From positions 6,206,698 through 6,270,697 of the forward strand of contig OY969419.1 of assembly GCA_963699185.1 (NCBI GenBank): a stretch of 64,000 nt of DNA, given 5' to 3'. Positions 55,010 through 63,999 of the stretch are shown here, piece by piece. This DNA comes from an uncultured Acidobacteriaceae bacterium. GTDB taxonomy: Bacteria; Acidobacteriota; Terriglobia; Terriglobales; Acidobacteriaceae. Position numbers and translations under genes: made by a program. The notes under the pieces are model-generated. The model did not search any database, was not told the DNA's origin, and saw only the letters and a program-made list of their open reading frames with translations. Positions within the stretch are counted from its first letter, which is position 1, and each line of letters opens with the position of its first letter.

Positions 55010-56293
55010 GTGACGTAACTTCGATTGTGTAAAAAGCGAGAGGGTGTAAGTTGGCTTTGGCCTTGACAAGCTGAAGCCATTCTCACAAGGAGACTTACAC
55101 CCATGGCGAAGGTAACACCCATCACCGAGCAGTTCCAACATTTCGTCAGCGAGCTGAAAGAGAGTTTTTGGGGCGACCTGCAGGGACAGGTGCAGCAGAG
55201 CATGCGCCGGCTGTTCGAGCTGCTGTCAGAGCGGCAACGCGACCTGTACATGGTGCGCCCGCGTCATAGCCGGCAGAAGCCGCGTCAGGATTACCGCAAC
55301 GGCTATTACGCGCGCGACTTTGTGACTCGCTTTGGGACCCTGCGTTTGCGCATTGCCCGCACTCGCAAGCGCGGTTTTCTGCCGGAGGTGCTCAAGAAGT
55401 TTCAGCGGCGGGCGGAAGAAGTCTCACTGTTAATTCGCGAGGCCTTTTTGCGGGGCATTTCGACCCGCCAAGTCGGGCGGGTGGTGGGCATTGTGACCGG
55501 CGAAGTGGTCAGTCCGCAAACCGTGTCCCGCTTGAGTCGCGATCTGGATGAAGCGGTACGGCAGTTTCATCAGGCGCCGCTGCAGGACGAATGGGCGTAC
55601 CTGTTCCTGGACGGGGTGAGTTTGCGAATGCGACGGCCCAGTGGGCGGCAGCGGGTGCACATGCTGGTGGCTTACGGAGTACGGGCCGACGGTACCCGGC
55701 AACTCCTGGGCTTTCTGCGCAGTAAAGGCGAAAGCCAAAGCGCCTGGGAAGGTCTGCTGGAGGATCTGTATCGCCGCAGACTGCAAGGCGAGAAGCTGCT
55801 GCTGATCGTCACCGATAGTTGTCCCGGGCTGGCCGCAGCCATCGAGACCGTCTATCCCCGAGCGCTGCATCAGCGCTGCTGGGTACACAAGATGCGCAAT
55901 ATCCTGGAAAAAGTACGCCGTCGCGACCATGACGCGGTGAAAGCCGACGCGCAGGCCATCTATCGCGCTGACAGCCGTCGCCAGGCCGAAGCTGCTTTTC
56001 GCGCCTTCCGCCGCCGCTGGCAGGCGCTGTACGGTTCCATGGTGCGACAACTGGAGCGCGACTTGCCGGAGTTGCTGTCGTTTTTCAGCTTTCCCCGGCA
56101 CCTGTGGAGGAAGCTACGCACCACCAACATCATCGAGCGCTGCTTCGTGGAGGTGCGCCGGCGGACGCGTCCCATGGTGTGCTTCGTGAACGTGAAAAGC
56201 GTCGATCGCATCATCTACTCCATCTTCCAGCGCTTCAACCTGGAATGGAAAACCCGCACCCTCCGCGTTTTTACACAAGCAGCTTGACGTCAC
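55010..56293 (+). mobile_element. IS256-family insertion sequence, apparently intact
   Basis: Imperfect ~37-bp terminal inverted repeats lie at 55010-55046 and 56257-56293. Both begin GTGACGT and share TTGTGTAAAAA....GAGGGTG. They enclose a full-length transposase. Confidence 0.85.
55103..56287 (+). CDS. IS256 family transposase (Transposase_mut)
   Basis: 394 aa. 'YLFLDGVSLRMR', 'LIVTDSCPGLAAAIETVYP...QRCWVHKMRN' and 'TTNIIERCFVEVRRR'. Confidence 0.93.
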   Translation: MAKVTPITEQFQHFVSELKESFWGDLQGQVQQSMRRLFELLSERQRDLYMVRPRHSRQKPRQDYRNGYYARDFVTRFGTLRLRIARTRKRGFLPEVLKKFQRRAEEVSLLIREAFLRGISTRQVGRVVGIVTGEVVSPQTVSRLSRDLDEAVRQFHQAPLQDEWAYLFLDGVSLRMRRPSGRQRVHMLVAYGVRADGTRQLLGFLRSKGESQSAWEGLLEDLYRRRLQGEKLLLIVTDSCPGLAAAIETVYPRALHQRCWVHKMRNILEKVRRRDHDAVKADAQAIYRADSRRQAEAAFRAFRRRWQALYGSMVRQLERDLPELLSFFSFPRHLWRKLRTTNIIERCFVEVRRRTRPMVCFVNVKSVDRIIYSIFQRFNLEWKTRTLRVFTQAA

Positions 56294-56355
56294 TCTGTCT
56301 GAGCGTAGTTGCGACGGTGGAGTTCTTCGAGCATGATCTTGCGAAGATGGGTCAC
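56294..56355 (-). pseudogene. 5' fragment of the IS256-interrupted tyrosine recombinase
   Basis: The GTG start at 56355 gives 'MTHLRKIMLEELHRRNYAQT'. This joins in frame to 'TIDCYVRTVEHFSRYF' at 55009 once the IS and one copy of the CAGAC duplication are removed. Confidence 0.7.
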
Positions 56356-56617
56356 AGAGAGAAATCTTCCTTTCTCTGCCAGCCACCTTAGATCAGCCCA
56401 CTCCAAACTGCTCGCCTACGACACGCGTAAGCGTCCGCCGTAGCACGGCTTCGTTCAAGTCGGCATCTGGGAAGTTGACGGCTCCGAAAAACGACATCCG
56501 GCGGATCGGGCCTGAACTGGGCGAACCCCTGAGTTATTGATCTTGCTATGTACAGTCTGGCGAGCGACAGCCTCATTTGGTCGACTCAACTGGAACTTCA
56601 ACCCTGAGTCGACCGTG

Positions 56618-57586
56618 TTAGTGCCCAGCAACGAGCGCATATCTCTCAGGTTGTTTGTCGAAAGTTTGCTTGCAGCCGGCGCAGCAAAAGTAAAACGAAA
56701 CGCCCCGAAATTCAGACTTGTGTTTAGCCTTGCCGACATCCACCGTCATCCCGCAGATCGGGTCGCGAGCCTCTGGTGTCAGCACAGGAAGCACGGCTTC
56801 GCTCACTGGTTGCACTGCATTCGTCTTTCTCACCTGAATGATTTCAGCAAGAATGCTGACCGCGATTTCCTCGGGCGAAGAGGCATGAATGTCGAGTCCG
56901 GCGGGTGCCCGGACTCTGGCCAGTTTGTCGGCGGGAATACCTCCCTCTTTCAAAGAGTCGAGCGTCTTGACCGCCTTCGTCTTGCTGGCGACGAATGCCA
57001 CATAGCTTGATCCAGTCTGCAGGGCCCCTTCCAGCGCTTGTTCGTCAGACTCTCCCTGGGTGGACACCACAATGAACGTCTGCGGCGTGATCTTCAGAGG
57101 GGCGAGATCGAAATTCGTCTGCACCAGGTCAGCGTCGGGAAAAGTCTCGCGGTCTGCGTCAGGAGCGGCTACGGAGACCGCGTAGCCGATGGCCTTGGCA
57201 AGTTTGCAGAGAGTCTGAGCGACAGGAGAACGGCCAAGGATCAGCACGTGCGGCTTGGGAAGCACGGGCTCTATGTAGATATCTAAAGTGCCGCCGCTGT
57301 GGCAAGTCATGGTGTAGTCCACAATCCCTTCCTCGGGCGATGACGACGGGCTGATGCGAACCAGCCGCGGTTGGCCGTCGGCCAGCGCTTTGAGCGCCTC
57401 TTTCACAATGACGGGTTGCGCGCAACCGCCGCCGATCCAGCCCCAGAGTTTGCCGTCCGCCCGAATGATGGCCTTGTTGCCCGGCTTCCCCGAGATTGGC
57501 GCCTCATAACGGACCACCAGGGCAACGGCGAATGGTTCGCCCTTGGCGAGCAGCTCGTCCGCCTTGCTCAGGAATTGATCAAACAT
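56618..57586 (-). CDS. coxF: XdhC/CoxF-like Mo-cofactor maturation protein fused to a C-terminal YHS (TRASH) metal-binding domain
   Basis: XdhC_CoxI N-terminus 'GEPFAVALVV...GWIGGGCAQP', Rossmann 'HVLILGRSPVAQ', and C-terminal 'DPICGMTVDVGKAKHKSEFRGVSFYFCCAGCKQTFDKQPERY'. Confidence 0.8.
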   Translation of the reverse strand: MFDQFLSKADELLAKGEPFAVALVVRYEAPISGKPGNKAIIRADGKLWGWIGGGCAQPVIVKEALKALADGQPRLVRISPSSSPEEGIVDYTMTCHSGGTLDIYIEPVLPKPHVLILGRSPVAQTLCKLAKAIGYAVSVAAPDADRETFPDADLVQTNFDLAPLKITPQTFIVVSTQGESDEQALEGALQTGSSYVAFVASKTKAVKTLDSLKEGGIPADKLARVRAPAGLDIHASSPEEIAVSILAEIIQVRKTNAVQPVSEAVLPVLTPEARDPICGMTVDVGKAKHKSEFRGVSFYFCCAGCKQTFDKQPERYALVAGH

Positions 57587-57606
57587 TTCAGTTCACCTTG
57601 ATACAG

Positions 57607-58734
57607 CTACAGATATTTCTCAAGCGCCAGCAGGCTCTCTAAATTGTGCGCCGGCGCGAAGACGTCAACGTGAGGGAGCGCGGCGCTCATGGCACGGGTA
57701 ATGGGCTGGTACTCCTTGAGCCCTAAGAGTGGATTGAGCCACAGAAGCTTTTGCACCCGGCTGCGTGTGTGACGAAGCTCAGCTGCCAGCATTTCTGGCG
57801 CACCTGTGTCCCAGCCGTCACTCAAAATCATAAAGAATGTGTTACGCGTAAGGATTTTGCGACCGCTCTGGCGATTGAACTCCCGCAGCGATTCGCCAAT
57901 CTTCGTGCCGCCTGACCATTCCGTCGCCCTTTGCGACAGTGCATTCAGTGCGTCGGAGAGCTTGCGCGCGCGCAGCAGGTCGCTGACTTCAACCACGCTG
58001 GTGCTGAAGAGGAAGGTGTCCACGCCCTTGAAATGTTTTTGCAGTACGTAGGCGAAGCGAACTAGAAACAAGCTGTAGAGATTCATGGATCCGCTGATGT
58101 CGAGGAAGATCACCAGTTTCTTTTTTTGCTTCTTTCGGCCCCTGAAAGCCAGCGTAATGGGATCGCCCCCGCGTGAGATGTTCCGGCGAATGGACCGGCG
58201 CAGGTCCACGCGATCGCCTCGGTCCTCGATCTTCATCCTGCGAGAAAGTCGCACGCTCATCTGCCGCAACAGGCGAAGCGACAGCTTTTCAAGCTCGGCC
58301 AGGTCAGTCTGCGATGCTTCAGAGAAATCCACCCGCTTTAGTCGTTGTTGCGAGCTGGCGCCGGAAACCAGCTTGCCTTCGTTGTCTCGCGACGGCGCAT
58401 CGCTGCTCTGCGCGCTGATGAGCAAGCGCGAATCGTCCGATTGGTTCTTTGTGACCTGGTTGCGACACGGCCGATCCTTCTGGGAATCGGGCTGGTTTCG
58501 CTCTGAATTCCAGAATGCGTCAAAGAGTTGACCAAATTGGTCCCATTCTTCCTGCGAGGAACATAGGACCGTCCGCAGCGCGAACGAAATGCGCTGCCGG
58601 TCAGTGAGACCGATGAAATTGGCTGCTTCCACCGCCGCTAGAGTCTGGTGCATGCCGACGGGTAGACCGTGGGAGCGGGCGAAGCGGCAGAAGGCCACGA
58701 TCGAAGCCGCCATCCGATCCGGGTCTTCGCGCAT
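57607..58734 (-). CDS. coxE: VWA domain-containing CoxE-like protein
   Basis: 'LVIFLDISGSMNLYS' (MIDAS DxSxS) and 'FMILSDGWDTG'. ATG at 58734 was chosen; the listed ORF extends to 58845. Confidence 0.8.
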   Translation of the reverse strand: MREDPDRMAASIVAFCRFARSHGLPVGMHQTLAAVEAANFIGLTDRQRISFALRTVLCSSQEEWDQFGQLFDAFWNSERNQPDSQKDRPCRNQVTKNQSDDSRLLISAQSSDAPSRDNEGKLVSGASSQQRLKRVDFSEASQTDLAELEKLSLRLLRQMSVRLSRRMKIEDRGDRVDLRRSIRRNISRGGDPITLAFRGRKKQKKKLVIFLDISGSMNLYSLFLVRFAYVLQKHFKGVDTFLFSTSVVEVSDLLRARKLSDALNALSQRATEWSGGTKIGESLREFNRQSGRKILTRNTFFMILSDGWDTGAPEMLAAELRHTRSRVQKLLWLNPLLGLKEYQPITRAMSAALPHVDVFAPAHNLESLLALEKYL

Positions 58735-58789
58735 AGTAGTCACTCGTCGGCTCCGCGATAACTTCCTCTGGGTAGAAAAACGCCCGCGC

Positions 58790-59707
58790 CTAGTTCGATT
58801 GTGAAAGCATGTTTTCGATCCCCGCCGCTTTAAGGGCTGCGCCATCTTCCATCGACTTCACCAGGCAGCCTAGCGTTTGCTCAACCGTTTCGACATTCAG
58901 GAGGCTGTCTTTGCCCAGAGCCATGGCCGCCTGTGCACAGTCCAGAGTTTCGGCGATGCCTGGGGGTTTCGCGAGTTCCAGTTGCCTAACCCTCTGAACG
59001 AGTTGGACGACCTGGATCGCCAACTTTTCTTCGACCTCCGGCAGTCGGGCGCGAACAATCTTCATTTCCTTGTCGAAGCTCGGGTAGTCGATCCAGTGAT
59101 AGAGGCACCTGCGCTTCAGGGCGGCACTGAGTTCCCGGCTGCGATTGGAGGTCAGGATGACGTATGGGACGTACTTCGCCTTGATGGTGCCCAGCTCAGG
59201 CACGGTGATCTGAAAATCGGAGAGCAACTCCAGCAGAAATGCCTCGAACGCCTCATCGGCACGATCGACCTCGTCAATCAACAGCACGGGCGCGGTATGC
59301 TCTTCCATGATCGAGAGCAGCAGCGGGCGTTCCAGAAGGAACTCTTTGCTGAAGATATGCTTTTCCTTCTCTTCTACTGTTTGGTCCGATTTCTCCTGCA
59401 GCTTGATGGCCAACAGTTGCTTCTGGTAGTTCCACTCGTAAACGGCAGAGCTGATATCCAGCCCCTCGTAACATTGCAGCCTGATGAGACGCGTGGCCAG
59501 TGAAGCGGCGAGCACCTTGGCAACTTCGGTCTTGCCCAAGCCGGCGTGTCCTTCGATGAGAAGCGGCTTGCGCAACCGCATGCTTAAGTAGATCGAGGTA
59601 GCAAGGGCGGCGTCGGTGACATATCCTAGGCGCTCGAACTCCTGGACGAGCGCATCTACGTCTTTCATCTCATTGGCGCGGGGAGTGTTGTGCGACGGCG
59701 ACATCAT
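58790..59707 (-). CDS. coxD: MoxR-like AAA+ ATPase (CoxD-like)
   Basis: Walker A 'GHAGLGKTEVAK' and Walker B 'VLLIDEVDRA'. Confidence 0.88.
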   Translation of the reverse strand: MMSPSHNTPRANEMKDVDALVQEFERLGYVTDAALATSIYLSMRLRKPLLIEGHAGLGKTEVAKVLAASLATRLIRLQCYEGLDISSAVYEWNYQKQLLAIKLQEKSDQTVEEKEKHIFSKEFLLERPLLLSIMEEHTAPVLLIDEVDRADEAFEAFLLELLSDFQITVPELGTIKAKYVPYVILTSNRSRELSAALKRRCLYHWIDYPSFDKEMKIVRARLPEVEEKLAIQVVQLVQRVRQLELAKPPGIAETLDCAQAAMALGKDSLLNVETVEQTLGCLVKSMEDGAALKAAGIENMLSQSN

Positions 59708-60303
59708 GCACTTCGGCCTGAAAACAGGCCCTTCAACCCCTGCAGCAAACGGCCGAACATCTGTTTGACGGCCTGCCAGGCGATTGATCCGGGCTCAATG
59801 GGTACAGGAGGCTTCACCTCGGCAGTGGCGATTGCAGGCTGATCGGAGGGCTGCTGCAGCAATGCCTGGAAGTTCTTGCTGAAGTTCTCGAACATGATGT
59901 TGGAAACTTCGGTGATGACGCGCGATCCCATCTGCGCAAGGATGCCAACGACATTGACTTCAGACGTACTGATGACTTGAGTGGCTCCGCCGTCCAATGT
60001 CGCGAGTTTGCCGGTCATCGACATCGATGCGCTGCCGCGCCCTCGCACGTCCTGCCCTTTTCCCAAGATTTCAATCTCGTGGTTTTGTGGATCCAGGCGC
60101 ACAATCTGGACTTCACCCTTATAGTCCGTGACGCTGGGCCCGACCTTCACGCTGATCGAGCCCTTGTAGGTCCTGTCGTCAATCTTCTCGATGATCTGCG
60201 CGCCAGGCACGCAGCTAGCGACCTTTGTGGGATCGCTGAGGAAGCTCCATACCTTCTCGATGGGCTCGTTCACCTGAAAGGTCTTTTCGATCCGGAGCGC
60301 CAC
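59704..60303 (-). CDS. coxG: Carbon monoxide dehydrogenase subunit G (SRPBCC fold)
   Basis: 'MALRIEKTFQVNEPIEKVWSFLSDPTKVASCVPGA'. Confidence 0.85.
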   Translation of the reverse strand: MALRIEKTFQVNEPIEKVWSFLSDPTKVASCVPGAQIIEKIDDRTYKGSISVKVGPSVTDYKGEVQIVRLDPQNHEIEILGKGQDVRGRGSASMSMTGKLATLDGGATQVISTSEVNVVGILAQMGSRVITEVSNIMFENFSKNFQALLQQPSDQPAIATAEVKPPVPIEPGSIAWQAVKQMFGRLLQGLKGLFSGRSA

Positions 60304-60304
60304 G

Positions 60305-62656
60305 CTAGCTTACGACCCCTTTCTCCTTGAGTACGTTCCACACCTTCCATGGCGTGATGGGCATGTCGATGTGCCGCACGCCTAGATGCGACAGCGCGTC
60401 GACGACAGCGTTGACGAATGCTGCCGGAGAACCGACGTTGGGCGACTCGCCGACACCCTTAGCCCCGAAAGGATGGTGCGGAGACGGCGTGCAGGTTTTG
60501 TCTGTCTCCCAGTGAGGAGTTTCGACGGCGGTCGGTATCAGATAGTCCATGAAGCTGCCGCCCTGTACGTTGCCGTTTTCGTCGTAGCCAATCTCCTGCA
60601 TGAACGCGATCGCCAACCCTTCGGTCAAGCCACCATGAATCTGGCCGTCAACAATCATGGGATTGATAATGTTGCCGCAGTCATCGACAGCAACGAAACG
60701 CCGCACCTTCACTTCTCCGGTTCCCTTGTCGATGTCCACGACACAGATGTAAGTCCCGAACGGAAACGTGAGATTTGGCGGGTCGTAGTAGTCCACCGCT
60801 TCCAGCCCGGCCTCCAATCCTTCCGGGACGTTGGTATATGCAGCGAACGCGATGTCTTGAATGCTCTTCGACTTGCTGGGTGCACCTTTCACGAAGAACT
60901 TGCCGGGCTCCCATTCCAGGTCCTCCTCGCTGCATTCGAGCAGATGCGCGGCGATCTTCTTGGCCTTGTCGCGGATCTTGCGGGCAGCCACTGCAGTCGC
61001 CGCTCCCGACACAGGCGTGCTGCGGCTGGCGTAGGTTCCCAGGCCATAGGGTGCCGTATCGGTGTCGCCTTCTTCGACGGTGACGTCAGCCGCAGGTATT
61101 CCAAGCTCCTGCGCGACGATCTGCGCGTAAGTCGTCTCGTGCCCCTGTCCCTGGCTCTTGGTTCCCATCCGGCACATCGCTTTGCCGGTGGGATGAATGC
61201 GGATTTCGGCGCTGTCGAACATCTTGATGCCGACGATGTCGAAGGTGTGCCCCGGACCGGCTCCCACAGCCTCTACGAAGCTGGAAACGCCGATACCCAT
61301 CAGCTCGCCCTTCATGCGCTTCTCTTCCTGTTCCTTGCGAAGTTCCTGATAGCCGACTTTATCCAGCGCCAAGTTCATCGCGGCTTCGTAGTTGCCACTG
61401 TCGTAGCTCCAGCCAAGGGCTGACTTGTACGGAAATTTGTCTGGCTGGATGAAGTTCTTGCGCCGCAATTCGACGGGGTCGGTTTTCAACTCCAACGCCA
61501 GAACGTCAATCGCGCGCTCGATCAGGTAAGCCGCTTCGGTAACGCGGAACGAGCAGCGATAGGCAATGCCGCCCGGGGCCTTGTTGGTGTAGACGCCGTC
61601 GACCTCGCAAAACGCTGCCGGATAGTCGTAGGCTCCGGTGCAAATGCTGAACAGACCAGCGGGAAACTTCGTGGGCTGAGCAGCGGCATTGAAGGCACCG
61701 TGGTCGGCAAGGGTTTTCACTCGCATGGCCTGGATCTTGCCGTCCTTGTCGGCGGCCAGTTCGGCGGTCATGTGGTAGTCGCGCGCAAAGCCGGTGGACT
61801 GCAGGTTTTCCGAACGCGTCTCGATCCACTTCACCGGCCGCCCCAGGGTCAGCGAGCCGACTACCGCGCAAACATAGCCCGGGTAGATAGGAACCTTGTT
61901 GCCGAATCCACCACCGATGTCGGGCGAGATCACGCGAATGTTGTTCTCGGGAATTCCGCCGACTATGGCGAACAGCGTGCGGTGAGCATGCGGAGCCTGC
62001 GACGTCATATAAATGGTCAGTCTTCCAGTGGCGCGATTGAAATCGGCAACGCAGCCGCAGGTTTCCAGAGGTGCAGGATGGCAGCGCTGGAACACAGCAT
62101 GCACGTCGGCTTTGACGGCCGCATCCTGAAACGCTTTGTCTGTGGCGGCCTTGTCGCCCACTTCCCAATGGAAGATGTGATTGCTCTTCTCTTCGCGGTC
62201 CTCGCGGAGAATCGGAGAACTGGGATCCGTCGCCTTGTGCGGATCGACCAGCACGGGCAGCTCTTCGTATTCCACTTCGACTAGTTCAGCAGCGTCAGCG
62301 GCCGTGTAGCGGTCTTCGGCGATGACAAACGCCACTTCCTGCGATTGAAACAAGACCTTCCCGGTCGCCAGCACCATCTGCTTGTCGAAAAACAGAGTAG
62401 GCATCCAAGCCAGGTTGGCCTTGGCCAGGTCTTCGCCGGTGATGACCGCCAAAACTCCCGGCAACTGCTTCGCCTTCTCCGTGTTGATGCTCTTCAGGCG
62501 AGCGTGCGCGTATGGGCTGCGGACTAACTGCCCGTAAACCATGTCGGGCAGGTGAACGTCGTCCACGTAATTGCCCTTGCCCTGGTTGAATCGCAGGTCT
62601 TCCTTGCGCTTGATGGAGTGGCCCATGCCACCGACTTCGGGAGTTGTCTGAAACAT
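60305..62656 (-). CDS. coxL: Aerobic carbon monoxide dehydrogenase large (Mo-Cu) subunit, form I
   Basis: 783 aa from ATG 62656. It carries the form I active-site signature 'AYRCSFR' and the N-terminus 'GHSIKRKEDLRFNQGKGNYVDD'. Gene order is coxM-S-L. Confidence 0.9.
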   Translation of the reverse strand: MFQTTPEVGGMGHSIKRKEDLRFNQGKGNYVDDVHLPDMVYGQLVRSPYAHARLKSINTEKAKQLPGVLAVITGEDLAKANLAWMPTLFFDKQMVLATGKVLFQSQEVAFVIAEDRYTAADAAELVEVEYEELPVLVDPHKATDPSSPILREDREEKSNHIFHWEVGDKAATDKAFQDAAVKADVHAVFQRCHPAPLETCGCVADFNRATGRLTIYMTSQAPHAHRTLFAIVGGIPENNIRVISPDIGGGFGNKVPIYPGYVCAVVGSLTLGRPVKWIETRSENLQSTGFARDYHMTAELAADKDGKIQAMRVKTLADHGAFNAAAQPTKFPAGLFSICTGAYDYPAAFCEVDGVYTNKAPGGIAYRCSFRVTEAAYLIERAIDVLALELKTDPVELRRKNFIQPDKFPYKSALGWSYDSGNYEAAMNLALDKVGYQELRKEQEEKRMKGELMGIGVSSFVEAVGAGPGHTFDIVGIKMFDSAEIRIHPTGKAMCRMGTKSQGQGHETTYAQIVAQELGIPAADVTVEEGDTDTAPYGLGTYASRSTPVSGAATAVAARKIRDKAKKIAAHLLECSEEDLEWEPGKFFVKGAPSKSKSIQDIAFAAYTNVPEGLEAGLEAVDYYDPPNLTFPFGTYICVVDIDKGTGEVKVRRFVAVDDCGNIINPMIVDGQIHGGLTEGLAIAFMQEIGYDENGNVQGGSFMDYLIPTAVETPHWETDKTCTPSPHHPFGAKGVGESPNVGSPAAFVNAVVDALSHLGVRHIDMPITPWKVWNVLKEKGVVS

Positions 62657-63144
62657 TACTTTGCCCCTCCTTGCTCCATCTTGTCCGCAGCGTACTGCAC
62701 GGCTTTCACAATGTTTTGATATCCGGTGCAGCGGCACAGATTGCCGGAGATTCCCCAGCGAATGTCTTCCTCGCTGGGCTTGGCAGTCTTTTGCAGCAGC
62801 GCATAGGAGGACATCAGCATGCCTGGCGTACAGAAGCCGCATTGCAGGCCGTGCTCTTCCTTGAAGCCTTCCTGCAGAGGATGCAGCTGACCGTCCTTGA
62901 TCAGTCCTTCCACGGTGAAGAGCTCACAACCGTCAGCCTGTGGGGCGAACATCGTGCACGACTTGACCGTCTTGCCGTCGAGCAATACGGTGCATGCGCC
63001 GCAGTGGCTGGTATCGCAACCGACGTGCGTGCCGGTGAGTCCCAGCACCTCGCGAATAAAGTGAACCAGGAGCAGCCGGGACTCAACTTCGGCCTCGCGC
63101 TCGCGGCCATTCACTTTGACGTGAACTACTTGCTTCTTCGCCAT
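62656..63144 (-). CDS. coxS: CO dehydrogenase small subunit, [2Fe-2S]
   Basis: '[12 protein letters not shown]' and 'CGFCTPGM...CRCTGY'. The stop overlaps the coxL ATG (TAATG). Confidence 0.93.
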   Translation of the reverse strand: MAKKQVVHVKVNGREREAEVESRLLLVHFIREVLGLTGTHVGCDTSHCGACTVLLDGKTVKSCTMFAPQADGCELFTVEGLIKDGQLHPLQEGFKEEHGLQCGFCTPGMLMSSYALLQKTAKPSEEDIRWGISGNLCRCTGYQNIVKAVQYAADKMEQGGAK

Positions 63145-63162
63145 CTTGCGATCCTCCGCAAA

Positions 63163-63999
63163 CTATTTGCCGGCGCGCTCGACCGCGCGTGACAGAGCAC
63201 GAAATGCCAATTCCTTGACCAGACCCTTTTTATATTCCGCCGGGCCGCGCAGGTCCGCGCTGGGTTGCGCCGCGTCCGCAGCTAATTGAGCAGCCTGCCG
63301 CAGAATGGCCTCGTCCGGCTTCTTGCCGCGCAGGAAGTCCTCCGCTTTCGTCGCCTTTATCGGAGTCGGGCCTACGTTCGTCAGACCGATGCCGGCCCGC
63401 TGGCAAACTCCGCCAGCATCCAACGTGATTTGCGCAGCCACTGCGGATGTGGCGAAGTCTCCGACCTTGCGCTCCAACTTGAAATATGCGCCGCCACTGT
63501 GCGCAAGCGGCACTGGGATTTGAATTTCCGTCACGATCTCGTTGGGCTGAAGTGCGGTGGTGAATAACGAGACGAAGAAATTTTCGATTGGAATGACGCG
63601 GGCGCCGGCGGGGCCCGTGGCGACGACTCTCGCGCCGAGCGCCAACATCGTGGCCGGATGATCATTGGCCGGATCGCCGTGCGCCAGGTTGCCTGCCAGG
63701 GTGGCGAGGTTTCGTACCTGCGGGTCGGCGATGACGCGTGCGGTATCGAAAATGATCGGGTACTTGGAGCGGATCAGCGACGAGCTTTCCAATTCCGCTT
63801 CGCGGGTAAGTCCGCCGATTTTGAGATGTCCATCCTCTTCCTTGACGTAGGACAATCCCGCAATACGATTGATGTCGATCAGGTACGCGGGGCGCGCCAG
63901 CCTGAGCTTCATCATCGGAATCAGGCTCTGTCCGCCGCTCAGAATCTTGGCGTCGTCACCATACTGCTGGAGCAAAGCGATTGCTTCGGGAATCGTTTT
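63163..63999 (-). CDS. coxM: CO dehydrogenase medium FAD-binding subunit (5' end outside the window)
   Basis: 'AKILSGGQSLIPMMKLRLARPAYLIDI' and 'ATLAGNLAHGDP'. The reading frame stays open to the window edge ('KTIPEAIALLQQYGDD'). Confidence 0.88.
   Translation of the reverse strand, partial: KTIPEAIALLQQYGDDAKILSGGQSLIPMMKLRLARPAYLIDINRIAGLSYVKEEDGHLKIGGLTREAELESSSLIRSKYPIIFDTARVIADPQVRNLATLAGNLAHGDPANDHPATMLALGARVVATGPAGARVIPIENFFVSLFTTALQPNEIVTEIQIPVPLAHSGGAYFKLERKVGDFATSAVAAQITLDAGGVCQRAGIGLTNVGPTPIKATKAEDFLRGKKPDEAILRQAAQLAADAAQPSADLRGPAEYKKGLVKELAFRALSRAVERAGK

Noticed and set aside
55010-55251. First 80 codons of the listed 360-aa recombinase ORF (54169..55251)
   Set aside because: These codons lie inside the IS256-family left end and are read-through artefacts. 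The genuine N-terminus is on the other side of the IS at 56355-56296.
56580-56614. Possible attR: weak similarity of 'ggaacttcaaccctgagtcgacc' to the tRNA-Pro T-arm/3' end
   Set aside because: Only about 16 positions align, and gaps are needed. The segment is itself a 9-bp perfect inverted repeat (gtcgactca...tgagtcgac) just downstream of the coxF-like stop. It is more likely a transcript-end hairpin than a duplicated tRNA end.
60386-62284. Several 190-345-aa ORFs on both strands inside coxL (60386..61423, 61506..62168, 61700..62284)
   Set aside because: They are alternative-frame or antisense ORFs within a gene that has unambiguous CoxL motifs.
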